32,000 bases of DNA, taken from positions 450,001 to 482,000 of the forward strand of contig NZ_CP046226.1 of NCBI RefSeq assembly GCF_012562765.1, written 5' to 3'. The notes under the pieces are model-generated. The model had not been told where the DNA came from. It did not search any database and worked only from the letters and a program-made list of their open reading frames with translations. Shown piece by piece: positions 9,735-20,135 of the stretch (positions are counted from its first letter, which is position 1; every line of letters starts with the position of its first letter). This DNA is from Candidatus Saccharimonadota bacterium (GTDB lineage: Bacteria; Pseudomonadota; Gammaproteobacteria; Enterobacterales; Enterobacteriaceae). The translations under genes and the position numbers were made by a program.

Positions 9735-10280
9735 ATGAATATTATTAAAAAAATAGTATTAGGTAAATTTGGATCAGTACATGGTATAAAAGGATATATA
9801 AAATTATATTCTTATACATCTAATAAAAAAAATATTTTTTTTTATAAAAATTTATTTATTATGAATAATAAATCTAAAATAGTTCCAATAATATTTACTA
9901 ATTGGATATTTAATAATAATTATTATATTGTTAAAATCAATAATTTTAATAATCGTAATGAAGTTATTAAATTAGTAAATTATAAAATTTATATTTTTTA
10001 TCATTATTTAACAAAATATAAAAAAATAGGTGAATATTATTGGAATGATATAATTGGATGTAAAATTATTAATATAAATAATTCTAATAATTTAGGTATA
10101 GTAAAAAATATTATATCAACAGGTGCTAATGATGTACTTATTATAAAATCTGATATTTTAATAAAAAATAAAAAAAATATTAAATTAAAATTAATCCCTT
10201 TTATTGAAAATCAAGTCATTAAAAATATTGATTTAACAAATCATATTATTCAAGTAAATTGGAATTTTAATATTTATTAA
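9735..10280 (+). CDS. rimM: 16S rRNA processing protein RimM
   Basis: LGKFGSVHGIKGYIKLYSYT, EYYWNDIIGC, GANDVLII and LIPFIENQVIKNIDL are colinear with E. coli RimM. The ATG at 9735 is preferred as the start. The track ORF starts 5 codons earlier at a TTG (9720) that overlaps the rpsP stop and cannot be excluded. Confidence 0.85.
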   Translation: MNIIKKIVLGKFGSVHGIKGYIKLYSYTSNKKNIFFYKNLFIMNNKSKIVPIIFTNWIFNNNYYIVKINNFNNRNEVIKLVNYKIYIFYHYLTKYKKIGEYYWNDIIGCKIININNSNNLGIVKNIISTGANDVLIIKSDILIKNKKNIKLKLIPFIENQVIKNIDLTNHIIQVNWNFNIY

Positions 10281-10294
10281 AGTAAAAAATAATT

Positions 10295-11059
10295 ATGTGG
10301 ATTGGTATTATTAGTTTATTTCCTGAAATGTTTAAATCAATTACTGATTATGGAATAATTAGTAAAGGTATAAAAAAAAAACTTTTAAAATTAAAATTTT
10401 GGAATCCTAGAGATTATACAAAAAATAAATATCATAATGTAGATTGTAATATTTATGGTGGTGGTAGTGGAGTTTTATTAAAGGCAGAACCATTAATAAA
10501 ATCTATTAATGCTGCACAATATAAAGCAAATGGTTATGCAAAATTAATTTATTTATCTCCTCAAGGAAAAAGAATTAATAAATCATATATAAAAAATTTA
10601 TTAATATATAAAAAATTAATATTAGTTTGTGGTAGGTATAAAGGTATAGATGAACGAGTTATAAATTCTTATATAGAAGAAGAAATATCTATAGGCGATT
10701 ATATTCTTAGTGGAGGAGAATTACCAGCTATGGTTTTAATTGATGTTTTAGCTAGATTAATTCCTGGAGTTTTAAATAAAAAATCTTCAAATGATACAGA
10801 TTCTTTTTTTAATAATGGCTTATTAGACTGCCCAAATTATACTAGACCAAAAATATTAAAAAATATGGAAAAAGTACCGGATATTTTATTATCAGGAAAT
10901 CATAAAAAAATAAAGGAATGGAGATTACAACAATCTTTAGGTCGTACATGGTTAAAAAGACCAGATTTATTTAAAAAAAAAAAATTAACTAAAGAAGAAA
11001 AAATATTATTTGATCAATTTAAAAATAATTATTTTAAAAAAAATTTTTTTAAAAAATAA
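10295..11059 (+). CDS. trmD: tRNA (guanine37-N1)-methyltransferase
   Basis: [57 protein letters not shown] and [12 protein letters not shown] are colinear with E. coli TrmD (255 aa). Confidence 0.95.
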   Translation: MWIGIISLFPEMFKSITDYGIISKGIKKKLLKLKFWNPRDYTKNKYHNVDCNIYGGGSGVLLKAEPLIKSINAAQYKANGYAKLIYLSPQGKRINKSYIKNLLIYKKLILVCGRYKGIDERVINSYIEEEISIGDYILSGGELPAMVLIDVLARLIPGVLNKKSSNDTDSFFNNGLLDCPNYTRPKILKNMEKVPDILLSGNHKKIKEWRLQQSLGRTWLKRPDLFKKKKLTKEEKILFDQFKNNYFKKNFFKK

Positions 11060-11068
11060 TATAATATT

Positions 11069-11074
11069 AGGAAA
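11069..11074 (+). promoter_or_regulatory. Shine-Dalgarno sequence of rplS (AGGAAA)
   Basis: AGGAAA lies just upstream of the homology-supported rplS ATG at 11079. Confidence 0.5.
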
Positions 11075-11078
11075 TATA

Positions 11079-11429
11079 ATGAATATTATTAATTCTATAG
11101 AAAAAGAACAAATAAAGAAAAGTACAATTTCTCTTTTATTTAGACCAGGAGATACATTAGAAATAAAAGTATGGGTTGTTGAAGGTTCTAAAAAAAGATT
11201 ACAATCTTTTGAAGGAATTGTAATTGCTATACGTAAAAGAGGTTTAAATACTTCATTTACTGTAAGAAAAATATCTAATAATATTGGTATTGAACGTGTA
11301 TTTCAAATATATTCAAAAATAATTAATTCTATAACTATAAAAAAACATGGATATGTTAAAAAAGCAAAATTATATTATTTACGTAAATTAACAGGAAAAT
11401 CAGCTCGTATTAAAGAACGTTTAATGTAA
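11079..11429 (+). CDS. rplS: 50S ribosomal protein L19
   Basis: The ATG at 11079 gives [14 protein letters not shown]...[36 protein letters not shown]...[21 protein letters not shown], 116 aa, colinear with E. coli L19 (115 aa). The track ORF start at 11010 overlaps trmD and adds 23 non-homologous residues. Confidence 0.95.
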   Translation: MNIINSIEKEQIKKSTISLLFRPGDTLEIKVWVVEGSKKRLQSFEGIVIAIRKRGLNTSFTVRKISNNIGIERVFQIYSKIINSITIKKHGYVKKAKLYYLRKLTGKSARIKERLM

Positions 11430-11483
11430 AATATCTAATAAAATATTATTTTTATAAAAAATTTATTAAATTTATAATTATTT

Positions 11484-13322
11484 TTAAATTTGTAAAATAC
11501 GGTTTTCTAAATTAGAAAATCGTACTATTTTTGATTTTATTGATTTAAACAATATTGAATTATTACTACTATAAATTGATATTTTTGATTTAGATCTTGT
11601 AATTGCAGTATAAATTAATTCTCTAGTTAATATTGATGAATATTTATTAGGTAATACTAAAGATGTATTATTAAATTCTGAACCTTGAGATTTATGTACT
11701 GTAATTGCATATGCTAAATCATATTTAGGTAAATTATTTATAAGAACATTATGATATTTTCCATTAGATAAATTAAATTTAATTTTTAATTCATTATCTA
11801 ATTTATCTAAAAAAGTAATTCCTATATCACCATTATATAAATTTAAAAAACTATTATTTTGTGTAATAATAATAGGACGACCTATATACCAATTATTTTC
11901 TTTGTAAGTATTATTTAAAATATTGTTCTCTAAAAATTCATTTTCTAATTGAGCATTAATTTCTTTTGTACCAAATAATCCATGTTTTATAGCACATAAA
12001 ATTTGATATTTATTAAAATAATTAAAAATATCATGAATATTACTGTATTTTATTAAATAATTAAAGTATTTTTTATATTCTAAAACAAATTTCATTATCA
12101 TTAATTTATATTTTTTTTCATTATAAATATTAATATATCTAACATCATTAAATTTATTATTAAATAATAATTCTTTAGTTTTTTTTACATTTCCTTCTTT
12201 TATTAATATGGCTAATTTACTAATTCCTGAATTATGTTCATAACGATAATTATGTTTTAATAAACTAATACAATTACGTAAAAAAAAACTTTGAGTATTA
12301 TTTTTCTTTTCAACAAGATAATTAGTTATGTCATATAACCATTTTGAATATTCTTTAGTAAAATTAAATTTTTTAAAATTACAAAGATCCTTAAAAATAT
12401 AACCAATTTCTATTGGAGGTAATTGATTATCATCACCTAATAAAATTAGTTTACTATTAGTAGATAAAATATTTAATATAATTGACATTAAATTTAAATC
12501 AATCATAGATGCTTCATCTATAATTAATAGATCAACAATTAGTTTATTATTAATATTATATAAAGTTTCTTTATTATACATATTAATTTTTAATAAATGA
12601 TGAATAGTAGTTGCTTTATAAGGAATATTTTTTCTTTCTTCTTTACTAATTAAAAAATTATTTTTTATAAAATATTGATTAATTGATTCTGTTAGTCTAT
12701 TAGCTGCTTTTCCTGTACTAGCAACTATTTTAATTTTTAAGGGAATAGAATACATTTTTATAAAAAATATTATTAATTTTGCTATAATATGTGTTTTACC
12801 TGTACCAGGAGATCCTGTAATTATACTGATTTTATGAGTAAAAGCAATAGCTACTGATATTTTTTGCCAAATATCATTTTGATTAAATAAAAGATTTAAT
12901 GTTTTTTTTATATTATTTTTTTTTGGTAAAATAAAATAATTATTTATTAAATTTTTAATAATTATATTTTCTGCTTTCCATATTCTATATAAATAAAGAC
13001 AATTATTTTGTATAACTAATGGAGTAACTTTATCACCATTACCAATAATTGAATAATATAATAGTTTTTTTTTCTGTTTTGTAATATTATTAATTAATTC
13101 TATTTCTTTTTTTGATAAAATAATATTTTTTTTTTTTAATATACTCTTTATATTAAATCTTAATAAAGGTAAACAAACATTACCTTTACTAGTAAAGTAA
13201 CTAAGATAGGCAACAATAAACATTAAATATGGTTCATTTTTAGATGTAAGTATATATGCAAATTGTAAATCAATTAAACGCATAAAATTATTTTTATATA
13301 ATTTTTTTAAAAAATAATACAT
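11484..13322 (-). CDS. recD: Exodeoxyribonuclease V alpha subunit (RecD helicase)
   Basis: The ORF is 612 aa (E. coli RecD is 608 aa). SF1 helicase motifs are present: GSPGTGKTH (Walker A), ASTGKAANRL, IIDEASMID, LLGDDNQLPP and TVHKSQGSEF. The recB-recD order is conserved. Confidence 0.9.
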   Translation of the reverse strand: MYYFLKKLYKNNFMRLIDLQFAYILTSKNEPYLMFIVAYLSYFTSKGNVCLPLLRFNIKSILKKKNIILSKKEIELINNITKQKKKLLYYSIIGNGDKVTPLVIQNNCLYLYRIWKAENIIIKNLINNYFILPKKNNIKKTLNLLFNQNDIWQKISVAIAFTHKISIITGSPGTGKTHIIAKLIIFFIKMYSIPLKIKIVASTGKAANRLTESINQYFIKNNFLISKEERKNIPYKATTIHHLLKINMYNKETLYNINNKLIVDLLIIDEASMIDLNLMSIILNILSTNSKLILLGDDNQLPPIEIGYIFKDLCNFKKFNFTKEYSKWLYDITNYLVEKKNNTQSFFLRNCISLLKHNYRYEHNSGISKLAILIKEGNVKKTKELLFNNKFNDVRYINIYNEKKYKLMIMKFVLEYKKYFNYLIKYSNIHDIFNYFNKYQILCAIKHGLFGTKEINAQLENEFLENNILNNTYKENNWYIGRPIIITQNNSFLNLYNGDIGITFLDKLDNELKIKFNLSNGKYHNVLINNLPKYDLAYAITVHKSQGSEFNNTSLVLPNKYSSILTRELIYTAITRSKSKISIYSSNNSILFKSIKSKIVRFSNLENRILQI

Positions 13323-13350
13323 ATTATTAATTTAGTTATATTTAAAATTT

Positions 13351-16300
13351 TTAAGAAATTAATTGATCTAATTTTTCAATTAATTTATAAGATGGTTTTA
13401 TTTCCCAAACACCATTAGAATTATTTTTAAAATTATTTATACCTCTTATATACAAATATAAAACACTTCCAAAATGTTCTTTATAATTATAATTTTTAAT
13501 ACGAGAACAAAGATATTTATGTAAAGCTAATGTATATATTTGATATTGTAAATCATATCTATTTAAACGTATATTTTTTTCTATGTATTTTTTAGTATAT
13601 TTACTATAATCATTTCCTAACCAATTAGATTTATAATCTATTAAATAATATTTTTTATTCCATAAAAATACTAAATCAATAAAACCTTTTAATATTCCTT
13701 GAATGTTATTATTTAATATTGGTAATTTTTTAGAAATATTATCATATTGACATATTATTTTATTTAATTCAATACTACATAATTCATTTTTTATAGTTAA
13801 ATAAAATTCTAGTTCTGTTTTTTTATTTTCATTTTTTATTTTACTTAAAATAATATTATCTTTTCCCAATGGATGATGTAATATATTTGTTAACCATTTT
13901 ATTAATATATTATACCAAGAAGAATTAATTTCTTTATTATATAATTCTTTTTTAATAAAAGAATATGAAATTCTTTTAGTAAAATTTAATTTTTCAAAAA
14001 TATTATGTAAAATAATTCCCGTTTTTTTTCCTACAGGAAAAGTATGTGGTGTTTTTTTTATATATTTTTTTTTAGGATTTAAAATTTTATATTTATAAAT
14101 ATTATTATTTATATTTAAGTTATTTTTTATTATAGAATAGCTTGTAATTAACAAAGTATTATATTTATGAATTTTTAATTCATTATAATATGTATTTGTA
14201 TTTTTTTCTTTTATAGGACATATAGGATTATATTGTATTAATTTTTTTTTAGTTATAATTTTAATTTGAATATCTGAATTTATTAAAGAATATAAAGAAT
14301 TTTCAAAATTTTTAGGATTTAAATTATTTTTATTATTTATTAAAAATTCTATAGCACTTTGATATGGTAGATATTTTTGATATTTTTTTTTATTATTTTT
14401 AATATTTCCTATACCAATACTACAATGAAAAATTGATCTAGTTAAAGATACATATAATAATCGTAAATTTTCTGATAATAATTCTTCTAATGCATGTTTG
14501 ATACTATCATCATCTTTTTTAAAGTCTACAATTGTTTTTAATGTTTTTCTATCATGATAAATTATTCCCTCATCATTTATTAAATCTAAAAAATTAGAAG
14601 CAATAAAAGGTATCCATACTAATGGAAATTGTAATCCTTTAGCTTTATGAATAGTAATTATTTTTATTTGATTAGAATTATTTTCTAATCTTATTTGTTG
14701 ATCAACTGATCTATTATTTGGAAATGTAATTTGTTTTAATAACCAGATAATTATTTGTTTTTTACTTTTAATTTTTATAAATTCTATTTCTATTAATTCT
14801 GCTATATGTAATATATTTTGTATTTTTTTTTTATGATTACTATTTATTATATTTTTTTTAAATAAAATATTTTTTTTTAAAAAAATATTTTCTAACATTA
14901 ATAAAATCCCATATTTATCCCATAAATTTTTATATTTAATAAATTGATTAATAATTTTTTCTAAAAAATATTTTTCTTTTTTATAATCAAAATTAGATAA
15001 ATTTATATTAAATAAATTACTTGCTAAAATATTTTTTAATCGTTTTACTTTATGAGGTTCTAAAATAGATTGCAGTAATAATACTAATTCTTTTGCTTCT
15101 ATAGTTTCAAAAACACTATTAGAATTAGATAAATAAATAGAAGGAATATTAAATTTTATAAATTCCTTTTGTATAATATTAGCTTCATATTTATTACGTA
15201 CTAATACTGCTATATCTGATATATTAATAATATTAATGTTATTTTCATTTTTTCTAAAAAAAATTTTTTTTTGTTGTCCTAATATAAGCCATTGACAAAT
15301 TTCATAAGCACATTGATATGATATTTTTTGTTTATATAAATTTAAATTTGTTTCTTTAGGTAAAAACCAAAATGTAATTCCTGGTTGAATAATATTATTG
15401 ATAATAAAATTATAATTTAATTTTTGTTTTACATATGATGCTGGATTAAAAAGTATATTTTTAAAAAAAAAAGGATATGTACGATTAGAAAATATTTTAT
15501 TAACACTATTAACCATAGTTTTAGATGATCTCCAATTATTCTTTAATGTATAACGATTTTTAATTTCAAGTGAAGCTTTAATATAAGTAAAAATATCAGC
15601 TCCTCTAAAAGAATAAATAGCTTGTTTTGGATCACCAATTAATATTAATGTACAATTAGATTGATTTATATATATTTTTTTAAAAATATCATATTGTTGT
15701 ATATCCGTATCTTGAAATTCATCTATTAATGCAACAGGATATAATTTTCTTATATCTTGTGCTAAATTTTTACTTGTATCATCATTTAATGATTTATTTA
15801 ATATTGATAATAAATCATTAAAACTAATTTGTTCATTTTTTTCTTTATTTTTTTGAACTAAAAATTTAATATATTTTATAGCTTTTATTATTATTAATAT
15901 TTTTAAATTGATTATTTTATTTAAAAATATTTCTATTTTTTTAAATAAAATATGTTTTGGAAAACTTTTACCATTTGTAGTTTTTGATATTAAAATATTT
16001 TGAGAAAATCTTTTTAATTGTTCTGGAATAAAATTATCTTCAGTATTATTACTTACCCATTTATTTATGTATTCTATCCAAAGTTTAATAGATCTATTAT
16101 TATAAATATGTTTATTAATATCGGATTTTATAATAACATTAATTATATCATTACTATATGTAATCCAATCTTTTTTTAAAATTTTTATATATTGTATATT
16201 TTTATAAAATTGTTTTATTAAACTTATATTATTAATATAATATTTTAACTTAGGTAATTTATCTTTTAATAAAAATGGTAATAATTTATTTATTAAATCA

Positions 16301-16884
16301 TTTGGTGTTTTCCAGTATTGTAATACTATTTGTGCAATATTTTTTGGTAAAGGATATAAATATTTTCTCCAAAAATTTATAGAAGCATTATTTTGTAAAT
16401 AAAATTCATTATTAATTAATTTTTTGTTATCAATAAAACCATTAATTTCATAATTTTTAAGATTTAAAATTTTTTGACAAAATGAATGTATTGTTAAAAT
16501 AGTTGCATTATGAAAATTTAATTCTGCTTTTAATAAAATTAAATTTGCTTCATGAAGATTTTTTATTTTTTTTAAAAATTTATTAATAATAGAATACGGA
16601 CTATTACCTTTTATACATGCTGTACGTAATATAATTATACTATTTTTTATTCTTTTACATAAATCTTTTGTTGAAACATCAGTAAATGTAACTACTAATA
16701 TTTCTTCTACTGATAATGGAATATTAATTCTATTTTTTTTATATAAACCTAGTAAAAAACGCAGATAAATTATAATTATTGTAAAAGTTTTTCCAGTTCC
16801 AGCTGAAGCTTCTATTAAATATTCTTGATTTAAATCATCTGTAAAGGGATTAAATTCTTTAATTTGTATTATTTTTTTTATCAT
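13351..16884 (-). CDS. recB: Exodeoxyribonuclease V beta subunit (RecB helicase-nuclease)
   Basis: The homology-supported start is the ATG at 16884 (MIKKIIQIKEFNPFTDDLNQEYLIEASAGTGKTFTI, against E. coli ...LQGERLIEASAGTGKTFTI). This is 17 nt downstream of the recC stop. The track ORF start at 16965 adds 27 residues that overlap recC. Motifs present are ASAGTGKT, IDEFQDTD, GDPKQAIYSFRGADI and the C-terminal nuclease motif GFIDLVF...YYLIDYKSNWLG. Confidence 0.9.
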   Translation of the reverse strand: MIKKIIQIKEFNPFTDDLNQEYLIEASAGTGKTFTIIIIYLRFLLGLYKKNRINIPLSVEEILVVTFTDVSTKDLCKRIKNSIIILRTACIKGNSPYSIINKFLKKIKNLHEANLILLKAELNFHNATILTIHSFCQKILNLKNYEINGFIDNKKLINNEFYLQNNASINFWRKYLYPLPKNIAQIVLQYWKTPNDLINKLLPFLLKDKLPKLKYYINNISLIKQFYKNIQYIKILKKDWITYSNDIINVIIKSDINKHIYNNRSIKLWIEYINKWVSNNTEDNFIPEQLKRFSQNILISKTTNGKSFPKHILFKKIEIFLNKIINLKILIIIKAIKYIKFLVQKNKEKNEQISFNDLLSILNKSLNDDTSKNLAQDIRKLYPVALIDEFQDTDIQQYDIFKKIYINQSNCTLILIGDPKQAIYSFRGADIFTYIKASLEIKNRYTLKNNWRSSKTMVNSVNKIFSNRTYPFFFKNILFNPASYVKQKLNYNFIINNIIQPGITFWFLPKETNLNLYKQKISYQCAYEICQWLILGQQKKIFFRKNENNINIINISDIAVLVRNKYEANIIQKEFIKFNIPSIYLSNSNSVFETIEAKELVLLLQSILEPHKVKRLKNILASNLFNINLSNFDYKKEKYFLEKIINQFIKYKNLWDKYGILLMLENIFLKKNILFKKNIINSNHKKKIQNILHIAELIEIEFIKIKSKKQIIIWLLKQITFPNNRSVDQQIRLENNSNQIKIITIHKAKGLQFPLVWIPFIASNFLDLINDEGIIYHDRKTLKTIVDFKKDDDSIKHALEELLSENLRLLYVSLTRSIFHCSIGIGNIKNNKKKYQKYLPYQSAIEFLINNKNNLNPKNFENSLYSLINSDIQIKIITKKKLIQYNPICPIKEKNTNTYYNELKIHKYNTLLITSYSIIKNNLNINNNIYKYKILNPKKKYIKKTPHTFPVGKKTGIILHNIFEKLNFTKRISYSFIKKELYNKEINSSWYNILIKWLTNILHHPLGKDNIILSKIKNENKKTELEFYLTIKNELCSIELNKIICQYDNISKKLPILNNNIQGILKGFIDLVFLWNKKYYLIDYKSNWLGNDYSKYTKKYIEKNIRLNRYDLQYQIYTLALHKYLCSRIKNYNYKEHFGSVLYLYIRGINNFKNNSNGVWEIKPSYKLIEKLDQLIS

Positions 16885-16901
16885 TATAATATAAAAATAT
16901 T

Positions 16902-19900
16902 TTATTTTATATAAAACATTATAGGTAAAATCCATTTTTCTATTAATTTTATAGTTTTTAACCAATTGTTTTTATTTAAAAAATAATTTAATCTATTAAA
17001 ATATAAATCATTACATTCTCCTATAAAATTACTATTTAAATTCCAAAAATAAAAAAATCTCTTTTTTGCATTTTTTTGTACAAAAATATCATAATTAATA
17101 CACTTATTTTTTTTATCAAAACAATAATATAACCATTCCCAAGAACTCTTCATGGGCAACATAATCATATGATTTAATCCATATATATATCCATCAAGAT
17201 ATTTTTTTAATAAAATTATTGCTGTATTAGGACTAATATAAGAAAAATTATATTCAGTATTTTTGAATCCTACAATTTTTGAAATAAATTTATTTCCATC
17301 TCTAATATTTATTGTACATAAAATTAAATGTTCTATCCAAAAAACTATAATAGATTTTATATCTATAATTTTAGGTTCATATTTTATAAAACCTTTAATA
17401 TAACTTATAAAATTTATTTCTCCATATAATTTTATTCCAGATATATTTATATTAATGTATTTAATAATATTATCATATTTATAATTTTTTAAATAATTAG
17501 TAAATAAATTACATATATTTTTTTTTTTATTATTCCATAATATTTTCCCATAATTACCATAAGGTAAAATTCCTTTATTTAAATATTGATAATAAATTAG
17601 ATTAGTATTTGTATTAAAAATTAATGAATATAATATTTTTTTATTAATTTTATATTCTGTTAAATAATCAAGTGAAAAAGGTTCTATTTCTGAAAATTTT
17701 ATTTGATTTAAATCATATAAATATATTCCTAATCTTTGATTAAAAAAACCTTTTAGAGGATTTTGCCAGAAATTTAAAAATTTTTTGAGAAAAATTTTTT
17801 TTATTTCTAATTGTGATATATTATTAATATTAATATTTTTTTTATTTAAAAAATCATAATTATTGACTTTGAATATCATAAAATTACTATTTACTTTATG
17901 TAAATGACATATTTTATTAATAATACAATTAGTTATTTTATTTTTTTTTATATAATAATTATGAGAGATATATTCTAATAATTCAGTAATTAAAATAGAA
18001 GGATATTGTTTATCATAATTTATATTTTTATTATTAATATAACTTAAATACAATTTTTCTTTAGAAGACATTAATAATGTAAGAAAAAAATATTTTTCTT
18101 TATCTAAATTATTTTTATCATTTTTTTTAGGATATTTTTTTATTAAATTAAAAATTACTGGATAGTAATATTTGGGATAATATTTACTATTCATACCTAT
18201 TACAAAACTAGCTTTAAAAGATATTCCATTTAATTGTTCAAAATTACAAAAATTAATTTTATTTAAAGAATAATTAAATTGTTTTTTTTTCTTTTCTAAT
18301 TGAATTTGAAATTCTTTTATAATAATATTAATTGATATTTTTTGTTCATAATTTGAATTTAAACCATTATCAATAAACATTATAATTTTTTTAAAAAAGT
18401 ATATCATATATTTATTTGAATACATATTTGAATAAAAAAATTCTGAATATAATTTTTTTAAATTTATTTTCCAATTTTTTATTGTTTGTTTTTTATTTAA
18501 TTTTTTTTTCCATTTATATAATATAAATAAAAAATAAGTAAATTTTCCTAATAATTCTCCTGATAAACCAAATGTACCATTGTATGGAATAATATTATTC
18601 CAATTTCCTGAATTATTATCTATAGCATAACCATATAACATACGATATAATCCAAATTTCCAAGTATATTGATCTTTAAATAAAGAAATATTCTTAAAAT
18701 TACTAAAATCTAATCCATATTTGATACCAATATCATTAATCCAATAGCGTAAATATATTAAATCATCTTCATCATTAATAAAAAATTTTTTTGAGATATC
18801 ATTATTATTTAATAAATAAAATATTTCTTCTGGACTACATTTTATTTTTGATAAATTTAATAAAAATAAAAATGCATCAGGTATATCAAATATATGACAT
18901 TGGTTAATATCTAAATAAATATTAAAAGGTATTTTTTTTTTATTAAAAATAGAATAAATAAAAGGTAAATAACTATTTAAGTTAGGAGAAATAACAATGA
19001 TATCATGTAAATAATAATTTTTACTATTTATTAATTTTATAATATTAATAGATAAAAATTCTATTTCTTGTTTAGCATCTGAAAAAATATTTATTTGTAT
19101 AGAATCATCTATATTATTAATTTCTTTTTTCTTATTTATTGGAAAAGAATGTTCTCTTAATAAAAAAACATCTTTTTGTATATTTTTTAATAAATTTTTA
19201 GATTTAATCATTATAAATGATTCTATAACTCTAGATTGTAACTCTATTAATTTATTTATATTATTTATTCCATAATTTCCCCAAGAAAATAATAATGAAT
19301 TATTAAAATTATAATTTTTATTTAGTTTAATGTTATCCCAATAATGCATACAAGGATTATTTATTAAAATATGAATTTCTATATACTCTGTTAATTGTTC
19401 TAATAATTGGAAATATATTAAAGGAATATTTTGTGTATTTAAAATAAATATTCTTTCTGGTAAAATAGAATTTTTAATTATATTTTTATTATTAATATAG
19501 TAATTGTATAATTTACTAAAATACCATAATGGTTTACCTAATATTATTTTATTATATATAATTAATTGTTTCCATAATTTAGCTTGCCAAATTTGATCTT
19601 TATTTTTTATGAAAGATATAATTTGATCATTTTCCCATAAAAATAACCATTCTGGACGATATTTTTGATATTCATCATATAAATTAGCAATTTGAATTGA
19701 TAATTCAAATAAAGAATTAATATTTTTGATATTATTTAAATATTTATGAAAATGTTTAAATTCCGGTAAAATAATTAATTTTGGAATAATATTCATTAAT
19801 TGCCAAATAATAATTTTTTTATTAAAAATATTTTCTTTTTTAATTTTTGGAATTATTTTTATAAATACATTCCAAATAAATGTTTCTGGTTTAATATAAT

Positions 19901-20081
19901 TAATATTAGCATGTATTCCAATAATTTTAGAAAAAAAAATTTTTAAATAAGGAATAAATGTTAGATTAGGTAAAATTATAATTTCTGTTTGTAATGGATT
20001 ATTTAATGGATTTTCTAAGATATTATATTTAATTAAATTTAATAAAACATCTAAATCATTAGAATGATATATTGTAAACAT
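16902..20081 (-). CDS. recC: Exodeoxyribonuclease V gamma subunit (RecC)
   Basis: The ORF is 1059 aa (E. coli RecC is 1122 aa). The N-terminus MFTIYHSNDLDVLLNL...ETFIWNVF is colinear with E. coli MLRVYHSNRLDVLEAL...ASFIWDMF. DEYQKYRPEWL and IEIHILINNPCMHYWDNIK match DQYLVYRPDWL and IEIHLLFTNPCRYYWGDIK. Confidence 0.9.
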   Translation of the reverse strand: MFTIYHSNDLDVLLNLIKYNILENPLNNPLQTEIIILPNLTFIPYLKIFFSKIIGIHANINYIKPETFIWNVFIKIIPKIKKENIFNKKIIIWQLMNIIPKLIILPEFKHFHKYLNNIKNINSLFELSIQIANLYDEYQKYRPEWLFLWENDQIISFIKNKDQIWQAKLWKQLIIYNKIILGKPLWYFSKLYNYYINNKNIIKNSILPERIFILNTQNIPLIYFQLLEQLTEYIEIHILINNPCMHYWDNIKLNKNYNFNNSLLFSWGNYGINNINKLIELQSRVIESFIMIKSKNLLKNIQKDVFLLREHSFPINKKKEINNIDDSIQINIFSDAKQEIEFLSINIIKLINSKNYYLHDIIVISPNLNSYLPFIYSIFNKKKIPFNIYLDINQCHIFDIPDAFLFLLNLSKIKCSPEEIFYLLNNNDISKKFFINDEDDLIYLRYWINDIGIKYGLDFSNFKNISLFKDQYTWKFGLYRMLYGYAIDNNSGNWNNIIPYNGTFGLSGELLGKFTYFLFILYKWKKKLNKKQTIKNWKINLKKLYSEFFYSNMYSNKYMIYFFKKIIMFIDNGLNSNYEQKISINIIIKEFQIQLEKKKKQFNYSLNKINFCNFEQLNGISFKASFVIGMNSKYYPKYYYPVIFNLIKKYPKKNDKNNLDKEKYFFLTLLMSSKEKLYLSYINNKNINYDKQYPSILITELLEYISHNYYIKKNKITNCIINKICHLHKVNSNFMIFKVNNYDFLNKKNININNISQLEIKKIFLKKFLNFWQNPLKGFFNQRLGIYLYDLNQIKFSEIEPFSLDYLTEYKINKKILYSLIFNTNTNLIYYQYLNKGILPYGNYGKILWNNKKKNICNLFTNYLKNYKYDNIIKYININISGIKLYGEINFISYIKGFIKYEPKIIDIKSIIVFWIEHLILCTINIRDGNKFISKIVGFKNTEYNFSYISPNTAIILLKKYLDGYIYGLNHMIMLPMKSSWEWLYYCFDKKNKCINYDIFVQKNAKKRFFYFWNLNSNFIGECNDLYFNRLNYFLNKNNWLKTIKLIEKWILPIMFYIK

Positions 20082-20135
20082 GTTATAAACATTATTTTAT
20101 GTAAATATACTGAAAAAATTGTAATACTAATTATA

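Noticed and set aside
11010-11078. rplS ORF start at 11010 overlapping the trmD 3' end by 50 nt
   Set aside because: L19 homology begins at the ATG at 11079, which has an AGGAAA Shine-Dalgarno just upstream. The extension is non-homologous.
16885-16965. Apparent 64-nt recC/recB overlap from the track's 1204-aa recB ORF
   Set aside because: The 27 extra N-terminal residues have no counterpart in RecB. The ATG at 16884 aligns with the E. coli N-terminus just before the ASAGTGKT Walker A and leaves a normal 17-nt gap after the recC stop.
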